From positions 38,762 through 102,761 of the forward strand of contig PFTR01000117.1 in assembly GCA_002789675.1 (NCBI GenBank): a stretch of DNA of 64,000 bases. The letters are read 5' to 3'. This document shows positions 8,917 to 18,829 of this stretch, one piece after another. Within the stretch, counting starts at the first letter, position 1. Each line of letters starts with the position of its first letter. Source of the stretch: Alphaproteobacteria bacterium CG_4_9_14_3_um_filter_47_13 (lineage in GTDB: Bacteria > Pseudomonadota > Alphaproteobacteria > Micavibrionales > Micavibrionaceae). The position numbers and the translations under genes were made by a program. Below the pieces are notes generated by a model. It was not told where the DNA came from, made no database searches, and saw nothing but the letters and a program-made list of their open reading frames with translations.

Positions 8917-11238
8917 ATGCTTGCAAGAAAGTGGCTTTTAACAACATTTATTTGTAGCGGATTGTTGGGGGTGGGGACATTCGGACATAATGTTGATGCG
9001 GCAGAAATTTTGCAGCCAAACAGCGACTGGGCAATCTCGACTCTGTCTGCGTCCCGGTCTGGAGGAAAGCCTTACTGTGCTCTGGCGCGTCGTTTTACAA
9101 ATAACTCAATTCTGACGGTTGCCCGGAATGCAAATGATGAAAGCTCTATTGCCGTTGATTTTCAAAAACCGGCACTGGATAATTTACAGAATTATAATGT
9201 AACATTGAATCCTGGCTTTGAGCAGAATCGTTCTTTTAATATCCGTCCGGTTTCCGGTAAGGCATTGGTTGTCAGACTCGGGAAGGATTATCCTTTTTAT
9301 GATGCGATGAACCGTTCCGATAAACTGGATATTCAAATTGCAGGAGAGTCTTTTAGTTTTAACCTCCCCGGTTTTGATGAGGGGCAGAAGAAACTTGTCG
9401 GGTGCCTTGCCAATATTGTTGAACCGACAGCAGGAAGTGAATCCGCTCTGAAACCGGGTGTTATACAGGCTTCTGCAGAAGCGCCCTCGCAATTGACTGA
9501 GCCAGAGCCTCGTGCGCAAGCACCTGTCTTTTCAAAGGTTTCTGGCGTAGGAGAGGGTGATATTCAAGCACTTTCGGAAGAAAATACAAAGTTACGCAAT
9601 GCTCTGGAACATGAACGGCGGGTTTATGAAGATCGTCTGTTACAGGAAAGCCAGAATGGGAGTATGGCAGCAGAGTTAAAAGAGAAGCTTAATCTTTTGG
9701 AAGCAGAAAATGCAAGGCTGCGGAATAATGGTTCCGGGCAAGAGATATTTGCGCTGCCTGTAGAGGAGGATGCCAGCGCCAGTGTATTGGAAGAAACGGG
9801 CAAGGAGCTCGTGATTTTGCGTACGGAAAATCAGCGTCTCAAAGAGAGCCTTGCAGCAAAACAAGATGCAAGCGGACAGAACAACGTCTCGGATGAAGGT
9901 GAAATAGCTGCATTGCGCGCTGCGAACCAGACTTTGAAGCAGGAACTGGAAGTACAGAAGGCGCAATACGCTCTGCTTGAAAAACAACTTGCCACCAAGG
10001 ATCATCCCGAGACTCCGAATATAGAAATCATGGCGCGTTTACGAGATCGCGTCAAAATTCTTGAAGAAGAAAATAATAATTTAAAAGCATCTGCATCGGC
10101 TTCGTCCGATACATTCGGCGCAGGAACTGTTTCTCTGGCGCAAATAAAATCTCTGGAAGAGCAATTGCGTTATGTTCAGGAGGATCGGGATAAATTGCTC
10201 GGTCAACTGGACAATCTGGCGCGTGGTAAGGGGCAGGATCGTCTTGATATTTCAACGGATAACTGGAATCTGGAACAGGCCACACGCCGTTTTAATGAAT
10301 CTGAAGATGAAATTCGTCGTCTTGGCCGTCAGTTAGAAGAGGCGCGGATGAAATGCGCGATGGAAAAAAAGGAGCTTGAATATATGCTCTTTGATCCTGA
10401 TGTGGCAACGGAAGAGCAGATCTCGAAATTGATGGAGCTTGAAAGTCAAAACAAGGCTTATCAGAACAAAATTTCTGTAATTGAGCTGGAAAATGCCGAA
10501 TATGAACAAAAGCTGGCTTATCAGGAAAGAATACCAGCTCCCGGGTCTGGACACTCTATACGTGCGCAAAAACAGGAAAATATTGCAATAACAATGGATC
10601 AGGTGTCTCCTGCTGCAGGACAAATTGAAACTCAGGTTTCCGTTGTGGCTGAGCCAGCCGAGTTTTTGAGTGCGGAAAGGGAAGAAATCTCAATTCAGAA
10701 AGAAGATATTGCTTCTTACCAGAGCTTCACAGAGTCAGCAGAGCGGGCGGCAATAGTCACACCAACTGTTGGCTTAATGTCAAAAACCACCCTGAATACA
10801 ATTCTGGAGAGGGCTCATATTCCGGTACAGGGCGATATTACGCTGGTACAAGAAGCAGGAGCCAGTCCGGATTTTGTTGCTTATAGCTGGGATACAGGTG
10901 CTTTATTCGGCAGTGCCGAGCAACAACCAATGGAAAATTCTGGAAAATTTGACGGACTGATTCATAGTTATCTTGATAAAACAAAAGATCGTTGTCAGGG
11001 TGATTTTGCTTCTGTTCACGGCATGACAGGGGCTGAAGGAACGATGCAGCTTTCAACCTATGAAATTGCCTGTATAAATGGGCAGGGAGGTGCTTCGGCA
11101 TCAATCGTTTTTTATAATGATGGAAATTTGTTCACGGTTATAGCACATGAAACCGGACTGGATGCGATGGATGTGGCTATGGATGCCAAAGACAAGCTGG
11201 CAGAGATGCTCTTACATTCTAAAATTGTTTCCAACTGA
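8917..11238 (+). CDS. secreted hypothetical protein P2 (two-Cys N-domain, long coiled coil, C-terminal globular domain)
   Basis: 773 aa. Signal peptide ending VDA|AE. aa 35-164 are homologous to P1. aa ~215-538 are heptad-like and rich in E/L/K/Q/N. aa ~615-773 form a separate Cys-containing domain. No family recognised. Confidence 0.6.
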   Translation: MLARKWLLTTFICSGLLGVGTFGHNVDAAEILQPNSDWAISTLSASRSGGKPYCALARRFTNNSILTVARNANDESSIAVDFQKPALDNLQNYNVTLNPGFEQNRSFNIRPVSGKALVVRLGKDYPFYDAMNRSDKLDIQIAGESFSFNLPGFDEGQKKLVGCLANIVEPTAGSESALKPGVIQASAEAPSQLTEPEPRAQAPVFSKVSGVGEGDIQALSEENTKLRNALEHERRVYEDRLLQESQNGSMAAELKEKLNLLEAENARLRNNGSGQEIFALPVEEDASASVLEETGKELVILRTENQRLKESLAAKQDASGQNNVSDEGEIAALRAANQTLKQELEVQKAQYALLEKQLATKDHPETPNIEIMARLRDRVKILEEENNNLKASASASSDTFGAGTVSLAQIKSLEEQLRYVQEDRDKLLGQLDNLARGKGQDRLDISTDNWNLEQATRRFNESEDEIRRLGRQLEEARMKCAMEKKELEYMLFDPDVATEEQISKLMELESQNKAYQNKISVIELENAEYEQKLAYQERIPAPGSGHSIRAQKQENIAITMDQVSPAAGQIETQVSVVAEPAEFLSAEREEISIQKEDIASYQSFTESAERAAIVTPTVGLMSKTTLNTILERAHIPVQGDITLVQEAGASPDFVAYSWDTGALFGSAEQQPMENSGKFDGLIHSYLDKTKDRCQGDFASVHGMTGAEGTMQLSTYEIACINGQGGASASIVFYNDGNLFTVIAHETGLDAMDVAMDAKDKLAEMLLHSKIVSN

Positions 11239-11353
11239 TTGTAAAATGTACGTACGTATTCTTTTGAGAATCGATCCTAGGTAGCCTGCATCCATCCTTT
11301 GAACCGGGCATCATCTGCTATGCATTGAAGGCAACCCCTCAGGCATTAACGCA

Positions 11354-14300
11354 TTACTGTCCCTGAATCATATTTTGCAGGATCCCTAAAAAGGCATCTT
11401 CTGGCCTTACTTCTTTTGGTGGAATCGGTTGTTCGGGAGCAGGCGTTTCTTGTTGTGATGATTCCGGTTGAGATTCTTCAGGAGGTGCAACAGGGGCTGG
11501 CGCTTTCTGCTGCTGTTGTTCTTGATTACCGTCAAGCCCCATCATATTTTTTAAAGCGCCCGATTTATCCAGCTTGTCGAGAAGGGGGCTGACAACAATG
11601 CCCTCAATCTGTTTCTGAAAATATTGTTGCATTGCATTCTGACCGAATGTCTGCGCCGGACGATCCAGAGGGCCTTTAAATGACGCACGCAACGGCGGCG
11701 CATCTTTGGGTTCATGAAGCTGTATTGTACTCTCCAGATCCAGCGACCAGAGCGGTAAACTTACCGTTCCGCGTGTCATTACATCGGCATCCTGCCCTGA
11801 TAAATCCATTTTATCAAAATGAATAACACCTTCGGAAATCGTATACGTGCCATCTAATTTCTCGAAACGGGTTGATCCTCCCCGCATTGCGCCGTCAAGA
11901 ACCCTTCCGAAATTTTCGGAAAAACTGCTCGTTGGCTGTGCCAGCACCCGTGATAGTTTTGCCAGATCAAAGCCCTCGAAGATAATATCACTGCCATTTG
12001 CCGTACCCTTTCCTTTCAGGTCAAAAACAAGCGCGGCAGGACTGAGCCCCGTTGTCTGTAAAGCCGTTTCCAGTGATACTGTGCCGCGAGCTTTGACTAG
12101 ACGTGAGCCACTAAATGACTTTACAAATTCCTCAAGATTAACATCTTGCGCCAAGATATTTCCAGTGAAGGAGATTGGTTGGCGCTCTTTTCCCGATGAT
12201 TTCAAATTTCCGGTTAAAGCAACATGTCCGCCATGTAACCCGCCATCCATTTGTTTGATATCAAGAGTACCATCTTTTAAATCAAAGTTTATGCCGGTAT
12301 CCTTGAAATTCCAGTTCCCGTAAGTCGCAGATGCGGCAGTTGCTTTCAGGGATAAATTTATTTTCTGCAAAAATGCCGTATTTATGGCATTGCGTGACCA
12401 TCGTGTATCTTGCCCCGTATTTCCAGATGTGCCTTTTCCAGCGACTCCTGTGCTTTTCCCAATTCCCAGCAACGCGTCAACGGGAAGATCGGAGATCACA
12501 AGTGCCGCTGTTACTGCGGGTTTCGTACCGGAGACATCGGCCATAACATCGCCTTTGATATTGGAAGGGCCAATTGTCGCCTGTAGTTGCGAAAAGCTGT
12601 AGATATTGCCCTTTCTGCTCATACTCGCAAAGACATCCAGATTTTTTTTGATGGCAACGCCGCTATTGAATTTGGGGTTAAAAATGCGTGCCAGTTCAAC
12701 ATAGTTGGGATGTTTAAGACGTAATGTCAGGTCACTTACTTTAAGTGCTTTCGTTACATCAGTCAGTTCTCCGGCGGCTTCCATTGTGGCGTGCATGGCT
12801 TTAAGATTTGTTGTAAAAGAAAGTTTTTCAGGATTGCCTTTGAATTCGGCAAGCACATCTGTTTTTCCCATATTTTTCGGCAGGTTTGCCGTCTTCATCC
12901 CGAATGATGTTAAGGTTTGTTCGGGGTCTATAATATTAGCCTGAAACGATAGATCCACGCCCTGCAAATTATTGATGTCCCTGATAGCGCCTGACAATAT
13001 AAACTGGTCTCCGGCATTGCTGGTTAGCTGGAAAGTGTCCAGATCAAGCCGTGATTGAACAAGTTTTCCTTTCGCAGCAAAGCGGGAATAGTCACGGTTC
13101 TGGAAATGGAGATTCTGGATCTCGGTCGTAAGGTCAATATCAAAAGGCAGGTTCATATTTTTTGCAAAAGCAGCAATATCAAATTTTGTAGGAGAGACGG
13201 GTGTAGCGGCATTTTTTGATCCGGAGATTTCTGTTATCCATTTATCTGCATTCAGACCATAATTCGTAACTGAAAGTTTTAGCAAAGATCTGTTGTCTAT
13301 AGCATTTGGAGTCATTCTTCCTTTCACGTTTACTCTTGTTTCGCCAAGCTTGAAAAATGAATCAAGAATTTCAACATGTTGCGGCTTTACTGAGAGCGTT
13401 GCTTCCGAAACAAGGTTATGTGCTAGAAATTTGGTTATTTCAGGAGAGGGTGGTTGCTTTAAAAAAGAGCGTAGAGCGGATAACGGTTCGGTGCTTGTTA
13501 TTTTTGTCTCCAGTACCAGAACAGGTTCAGAAAAAGTCACCGCATTATTTTTCGAAGAGATAGACTGCGTTCCAAAATTCAGGGCACTATTGACATCAAG
13601 TACCGTACCACCCGGCGCAATCATGGTCATTTGACCGGAAAAACCTTTTGATTTGCTGTTTATGCCGATAACGATATCTTTATAATCCATGCCCTTATAT
13701 TGAATGACAGAAGCTTTAATATTAATTGCGCCCGTTATCTCGCGGGGAAGTGTTATCGTTTCGGGGAGTAATGTCTTTGTTCCTGCATTTTTCTTTGCTG
13801 CAGGGGAAATAAAACCATCCAGCATAAAAGTTTTATCCGTTTCAAAAACAAGATTAATATCAAGGGGTGTCTTGTCAGTCTTAGCAAAGTTTTTTAAAAC
13901 GACATAACCATTTCCTCCCGCATCACCAAAAGAGAGTTTTGTATTTCTGTAGGCTAGTTCGTCCTTATTCAATGTCAGAACTCCTCTGGCAGACAGAGGT
14001 TTTTTCAGCACGGGCAAGGCGGCATCTTTGTGAAAAACTCCCGCAAGTGTGGCAATATCTGCTGTTTCAATACCTGCTTCCCCCTGCAATTCAAGAGTTG
14101 AATCATCCAGAGTTACGACACCGGAATAGGTAAGAGAGGATGCCAGATCGGGAAGTCCCAGTTCCACCTGCGCTGAAATGGACTCTGCCAGTTTGTCTAT
14201 ACGTCCCGAGTTCAGTTTGACTTTAATTTTATGGGTATTATAAACGGCTGTACCGTTCAGGCTGTAAGGGCCAAAGAAACTGTCGCCCTGAAGTGTGGCA

Positions 14301-14836
14301 TTAATATCCGTCAGAATAACTTTCTTGCCAGCGCCAAAATCAGTAAAAGTAAAACGACCCTCCTTGATACTGATTTCGTTCAGAGCAATAGCGTTCCCAA
14401 ACCCTGTCGCCCGTTCATTTTCTCCTGCTTGTTTCTTTTGTTGTAATTCGGGCGTTGTCCAGGAGGGTACTCCTTTTGCATCTATTGCCAGATCAAAAAC
14501 CGGTTTTTGCAGCAAAACGCGATTAACAACAATCTCTCCCTTGAAAAGCGGCATCAATGCAAGTTGAACTGATGCTTTTTCAAGCGATAGCAATTGTGTC
14601 CCGCCGGAGGCGTTTTCGGGCTGACTCACCGATAAGCCGTCTATAGAGATATGAGGATAGGGTAATACAGCAAGATCCAGTGCCCCATCTATATTGTATA
14701 TATGGCCTGTTGTTTCGCGAAGTTGTGCCAGTATTTGTGGTTTATATTTATTCCAGTCTAAAAAACCCGGCGCAATCAATGCCCCGCCCAATATTAAAAC
14801 AACGAGAACGGCAGATATTATAAGGGTACGCTTCAC
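11354..14836 (-). CDS. AsmA-family outer-membrane biogenesis protein
   Basis: 1160 aa. N-terminal anchor MKRTLIISAVLVVLILGGALIAPGFLDWNKYKP typical of AsmA, then a long beta-rich body. C-terminal tail is rich in P/Q/E. Confidence 0.8.
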   Translation of the reverse strand: MKRTLIISAVLVVLILGGALIAPGFLDWNKYKPQILAQLRETTGHIYNIDGALDLAVLPYPHISIDGLSVSQPENASGGTQLLSLEKASVQLALMPLFKGEIVVNRVLLQKPVFDLAIDAKGVPSWTTPELQQKKQAGENERATGFGNAIALNEISIKEGRFTFTDFGAGKKVILTDINATLQGDSFFGPYSLNGTAVYNTHKIKVKLNSGRIDKLAESISAQVELGLPDLASSLTYSGVVTLDDSTLELQGEAGIETADIATLAGVFHKDAALPVLKKPLSARGVLTLNKDELAYRNTKLSFGDAGGNGYVVLKNFAKTDKTPLDINLVFETDKTFMLDGFISPAAKKNAGTKTLLPETITLPREITGAINIKASVIQYKGMDYKDIVIGINSKSKGFSGQMTMIAPGGTVLDVNSALNFGTQSISSKNNAVTFSEPVLVLETKITSTEPLSALRSFLKQPPSPEITKFLAHNLVSEATLSVKPQHVEILDSFFKLGETRVNVKGRMTPNAIDNRSLLKLSVTNYGLNADKWITEISGSKNAATPVSPTKFDIAAFAKNMNLPFDIDLTTEIQNLHFQNRDYSRFAAKGKLVQSRLDLDTFQLTSNAGDQFILSGAIRDINNLQGVDLSFQANIIDPEQTLTSFGMKTANLPKNMGKTDVLAEFKGNPEKLSFTTNLKAMHATMEAAGELTDVTKALKVSDLTLRLKHPNYVELARIFNPKFNSGVAIKKNLDVFASMSRKGNIYSFSQLQATIGPSNIKGDVMADVSGTKPAVTAALVISDLPVDALLGIGKSTGVAGKGTSGNTGQDTRWSRNAINTAFLQKINLSLKATAASATYGNWNFKDTGINFDLKDGTLDIKQMDGGLHGGHVALTGNLKSSGKERQPISFTGNILAQDVNLEEFVKSFSGSRLVKARGTVSLETALQTTGLSPAALVFDLKGKGTANGSDIIFEGFDLAKLSRVLAQPTSSFSENFGRVLDGAMRGGSTRFEKLDGTYTISEGVIHFDKMDLSGQDADVMTRGTVSLPLWSLDLESTIQLHEPKDAPPLRASFKGPLDRPAQTFGQNAMQQYFQKQIEGIVVSPLLDKLDKSGALKNMMGLDGNQEQQQQKAPAPVAPPEESQPESSQQETPAPEQPIPPKEVRPEDAFLGILQNMIQGQ

Positions 14837-14924
14837 GGAAACAACCTTTCACAAATAAAATCAAGATAAACAATATATACACAGAAATGGCCTTCCTGTG
14901 AAAGGGATCAAGGAAATTTTTTAT

Positions 14925-15491
14925 TTATACCGCTGGAGCATCGTAAAGTTTTTTAAATTTCTCTATCGCCTTTACAAAAGCATCAAGCTTTGGCTTGGCT
15001 GTGCGCTCCAGATTTTCTTTCTGATCTGGATTCAGTATAGACTCGACGCTTTGATAAACAGAATTAGCCGCTTTGAGCAGATCTTCTATGGTTTCTTTTT
15101 TATTAAGCGCGGTATTGTTGGCGTCCTTGATGCGCTTCATTAGCATCGGCACCAGAGCCTTAACCAGCGGATCTGTTTTGGCCAACCTCTCAATCATCAT
15201 TGGACGGGTAATTACAATAAAATTGGAATTCATCAGCGCCTCGACTGTCGCCGTTCGCGGCGCATCGGTCATCAGCGCCATTTCGCCAAAAATATCACCT
15301 GCCTCGAGTTTCTCCAATTCCACAATTTTATCACTATGCTCTGCATAAACCCTGACCAGGCCGGACTGGATCAGATACGCCGTATCGCCATGGTCTCCCT
15401 GCTTTATAACAGGATCGCCCTTTACAACGAAATGTGTCCCGTAAGGGTTCTTTTCTACCTTATTTTCATTATTATTTTTTATTTCAGTCAT
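14925..15491 (-). CDS. stand-alone cyclic nucleotide-binding domain protein
   Basis: cNMP-binding cassette (GDIFGEMALM...PRTATVEA) followed by a ~70-aa helical tail. No HTH recognised. Confidence 0.7.
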   Translation of the reverse strand: MTEIKNNNENKVEKNPYGTHFVVKGDPVIKQGDHGDTAYLIQSGLVRVYAEHSDKIVELEKLEAGDIFGEMALMTDAPRTATVEALMNSNFIVITRPMMIERLAKTDPLVKALVPMLMKRIKDANNTALNKKETIEDLLKAANSVYQSVESILNPDQKENLERTAKPKLDAFVKAIEKFKKLYDAPAV

Positions 15492-15512
15492 TCACATTAT
15501 GCTCCGTATGGA

Positions 15513-16247
15513 TTAAGCCAGATATTGACCGCCATTGGCTGAAATAGTTGATCCCGTGATAAAAGCGGCTTTCTCCGAGGCTAAAAAAGATACAATATCA
15601 GCCACTTCCCGGGGTTTTCCCATACGTGCTACTGGAATTTGCCGTATAATTGAATCCAGAACTTCCGGCTTCATTTGGGATGTCATATCGGTTTCAATAT
15701 AACCGGGACAGACAATGTTCACTGTAATGCCTTTGGCCGCGCTCTCCAGCGCCAGCGCCTTGGTAAAACCAATCATACCGGCTTTTGCCGCCGCATAATT
15801 GACTTGTCCGAACTGACCCTTTTGCCCATTAATGGATCCTATATTGATAATGCGTCCGTAATTACGCTCGCGCATTTTCGGCACGATAAAACGACACATA
15901 TTATAACAGGACGTAAGATTTGTTTCGATGACATTATGCCAGTTCTCTTCGGGCATTTTATGCAGCAAACCATCGCGCGTAATGCCCGCATTATTTACCA
16001 GCACATTGATTTCTCCCAATTCATTTTCAATTTCGGCAATGCCACGTTCGCAAGCATTAAAATTGGAAACATCGAATTTATAAGCTTTGCCTCTCTTGCC
16101 GGCTTCCTCGTCAAAGCAGATTGCGGCTTCATTGTTCCCGAAATAGATGGCTGCGACAAGATTTCCAGTGTCCATCAACTCCCTTGATATTTCAAGCCCG
16201 ATCCCACGCGTTCCTCCGGTTACAATTGCGACACCATTTTTTGCCAT
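15513..16247 (-). CDS. phaB: acetoacetyl-CoA reductase
   Basis: SDR with VTGGTRGIG and the YAAAKAG catalytic motif. Closely PhbB-like throughout and adjacent to the thiolase gene. Confidence 0.85.
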   Translation of the reverse strand: MAKNGVAIVTGGTRGIGLEISRELMDTGNLVAAIYFGNNEAAICFDEEAGKRGKAYKFDVSNFNACERGIAEIENELGEINVLVNNAGITRDGLLHKMPEENWHNVIETNLTSCYNMCRFIVPKMRERNYGRIINIGSINGQKGQFGQVNYAAAKAGMIGFTKALALESAAKGITVNIVCPGYIETDMTSQMKPEVLDSIIRQIPVARMGKPREVADIVSFLASEKAAFITGSTISANGGQYLA

Positions 16248-16357
16248 TTTTTCTCCTGCCTAAATTTTAAAATGCGAAAATATAGAATTCCAAAGCGAGA
16301 ATAATAAAACTTCAAATATTCTATATTCTTATTCATAAAGATAATTATTAAAATAAT

Positions 16358-17566
16358 TTATACGACTTCTTTTAGATCCAGTGCACTATCACGCTCGACA
16401 CACATGGCAATTCCCATACCCCCTCCGATACAGAGCGTTGCCAGACCTTTCTGTACATCACGCCGCGCCATCTCATGCAGCAAAGTCACCATGATCCGTG
16501 TTCCTGATGCTCCAATGGGATGCCCCAGCGCAATCGCGCCGCCATTGACGTTCACCTTTTCAGCGTCAAATCCCATTTCCTTGATGACACAGCAGGCCTG
16601 TGCAGCAAAAGCCTCGTTTGATTCAATAAGATCAAGATCTCCTACAACCCATCCGGCTTTTTCAAGAGCCTTGCGCGATGCCGGAATAGGACCTGTTCCC
16701 ATGATGGAGGGATCTACGCCTGCTGTCGCCCATGATGTAATTTTAGCCAGAACCGGTAAACCGCGCCTTTTTGCTTCACTGGCACGCATAAGAATAACTG
16801 CCGCTGCACCGTCATTAATGCCGGAGGCGTTGGCCGCTGTTACAGTCCCATCATTTTTAAACGCCGGACGCAATTTGCCAAGGCCTTCAGCTGTCGTGCC
16901 AGCGCGTGGAAACTCATCCTTGTCAAAAATAATTTCTTCCTTGCGGCTTTTAACTGTAACCGGGATAATCTCGGCATTGAAGCGGCCTTCTTTTATTGCT
17001 TTTTCAGTTTTTTGCTGCGAATTTGCAGCAAAATTATCCTGATTCTGTCTGGTAATCTGGTATTTCTGAGCAATGTTTTCTGCTGTGATGCCCATATGGT
17101 AATCGTTGAAAATATCCCATAAACCATCACGAATCATTGTATCGATCATATCCACATTTCCGAATTTTACACCCTCGCGCATCCAGACACAGTGCGGCGC
17201 ATTACTCATGCTTTCCTGTCCCCCTGCGATAATGATTTTTGCATCGTCATTGGCAATAGCCTGCATCCCCAGCGCTATCGTGCGCAAACCGGAACCGCAA
17301 ACCTGATTAATGGTGTAGGCTGTTTTTTCCTGCGGAATTTCTGCGGTCATTGCGGCCTGACGCGCCGGATTCTGCCCTTCTCCTGCTGTCAGAACTTGCC
17401 CTAGAATAACTTCGTCAATATCTGCCGTATCAAGCTGTGCATCGCGCAGAACATCTTTAATCACAAGCGCTCCAAGCTCATGTGCCGCCAGAGATTTTAA
17501 ACCCCCGCCCAGTGTGCCGATAGCTGTTCTTTTTGCCGAGACAATAACAACGGGATCATTCTGCAT
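16358..17566 (-). CDS. phaA: acetyl-CoA acetyltransferase (beta-ketothiolase)
   Basis: Thiolase motifs NQVCGSGLR (active-site Cys), GHPIGASG and CIGGGMG. Confidence 0.9.
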   Translation of the reverse strand: MQNDPVVIVSAKRTAIGTLGGGLKSLAAHELGALVIKDVLRDAQLDTADIDEVILGQVLTAGEGQNPARQAAMTAEIPQEKTAYTINQVCGSGLRTIALGMQAIANDDAKIIIAGGQESMSNAPHCVWMREGVKFGNVDMIDTMIRDGLWDIFNDYHMGITAENIAQKYQITRQNQDNFAANSQQKTEKAIKEGRFNAEIIPVTVKSRKEEIIFDKDEFPRAGTTAEGLGKLRPAFKNDGTVTAANASGINDGAAAVILMRASEAKRRGLPVLAKITSWATAGVDPSIMGTGPIPASRKALEKAGWVVGDLDLIESNEAFAAQACCVIKEMGFDAEKVNVNGGAIALGHPIGASGTRIMVTLLHEMARRDVQKGLATLCIGGGMGIAMCVERDSALDLKEVV

Positions 17567-17637
17567 ATTCTTTAACCTTTCATTCTACTTATTATATATT
17601 TAAAATATTAAACCAGATGCGCCAGATTGCAAGGCTT

Positions 17638-18771
17638 TTAAGAGACTTCTCGTATCCATTGTCTAATCGGTTCCCAGACCAGTTTTTCGGCTTTATGGCC
17701 TGTCATCATACCAATATGACCGGAGGGGGGGGCTAGTATTTTTGCTTGTGGCAACAAACGAGCCAGTGCCAGCGAAGATTCTCTGGGAACCAGACGGTCA
17801 TTAAGAGAGGCTATAACAAGCGCGGGAGTTTCGAGTGTTGCAGGATCTACAAGCGTGCCGTTTACAATCCATTCTCCTGCCCCGGATTTATTACCGTTAT
17901 ACCAGTCAAGAATACAGCTTTTGGCAAACTCTCCGGGCATATCTACACCTTCATTCAGCCAGTCTTCTACGGCAACAAAAAGATGGGCGTCCTGACTCGT
18001 CTCCGCCATCTTTTCAAATTCTGAAAACTTGGACAAAGCACGGTCGGCATTCACCGCAGCAAAAACGGACTGAATCCAGTTCATCGGTAAGTACCCTTTT
18101 TGCTCGATAAGTTGCAGTGCCGTTGGTGTCCCTGCTTTAACCTGCTTTGCTAGATGACAGTCTCCGACTGAAAAATCCCAGGGGCTGGCAAGAAAGATCA
18201 GGCTTTTTAAATGTTCTTTTCGTTCTTTTGCGGCAGCAGCCAGAAACATACCACCCATGCAATATCCCAGAGCGTGGATTTTCCCTCCAGCTTTGTTCGT
18301 TACATAATCCATTGCTGCACAAAGGCGATTTGATACCAGACTGTCAATATTCTGCAACATCTTATCGCGGACGGGTTCGCCCCAATCCATTAGATAAACA
18401 TTAATTCCTTGCGCCGCCAGCCAGCGCACAAAAGATTTCTCCGGCAATAGATCAAGAATAAAGGATTTGTTGATTAAAGACGGGATTAAAAAAATAGATA
18501 ATTCTTCTGTCTCTGCTGCGCAGTGCAGAATGCTGGCCTCCCCCTCCTGCCAGATCACAGGCAGTGAAGGAACGTTTCGCCGGTATGTGTGGTTTTGATA
18601 TTTTTGAATTCCCGCAAGCATGCGTTCCATATCTTTTGTATCGGCGGTTCCTATATGCTGCATGGCTAAACCAATATGAACCGGAATAGGGCTTGGACCC
18701 TTTCGAAAACTGATATTCTCCATTTTTTTTGTCATACTTTGTTTTTTATCATATATTTCTTTTCGCTGCAT
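17638..18771 (-). CDS. alpha/beta hydrolase, class III PhaC-like PHA synthase
   Basis: 377 aa. Lipase-box variant with Cys (GYCMGG), a downstream Asp (SLNDRLVP) and His (SGHIGMM), spaced as in class III PhaC. No phaE-like gene nearby. The start could be a later Met. Confidence 0.6.
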   Translation of the reverse strand: MQRKEIYDKKQSMTKKMENISFRKGPSPIPVHIGLAMQHIGTADTKDMERMLAGIQKYQNHTYRRNVPSLPVIWQEGEASILHCAAETEELSIFLIPSLINKSFILDLLPEKSFVRWLAAQGINVYLMDWGEPVRDKMLQNIDSLVSNRLCAAMDYVTNKAGGKIHALGYCMGGMFLAAAAKERKEHLKSLIFLASPWDFSVGDCHLAKQVKAGTPTALQLIEQKGYLPMNWIQSVFAAVNADRALSKFSEFEKMAETSQDAHLFVAVEDWLNEGVDMPGEFAKSCILDWYNGNKSGAGEWIVNGTLVDPATLETPALVIASLNDRLVPRESSLALARLLPQAKILAPPSGHIGMMTGHKAEKLVWEPIRQWIREVS

Positions 18772-18794
18772 AAAAAATATGATTATACTGCAGC
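18765..18794. promoter_or_regulatory. inverted repeat GCTGCA-N18-TGCAGC in the divergent phaC-like/phaR promoter region
   Basis: Read directly. It contains CTGC/GCAG half-sites like those reported for PhaR operators, but the spacing differs. A possible operator only. Confidence 0.25.
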
Positions 18795-18829
18795 ATATTT
18801 AGAAGTATGTATTTGGATAGGAGAAAGCA

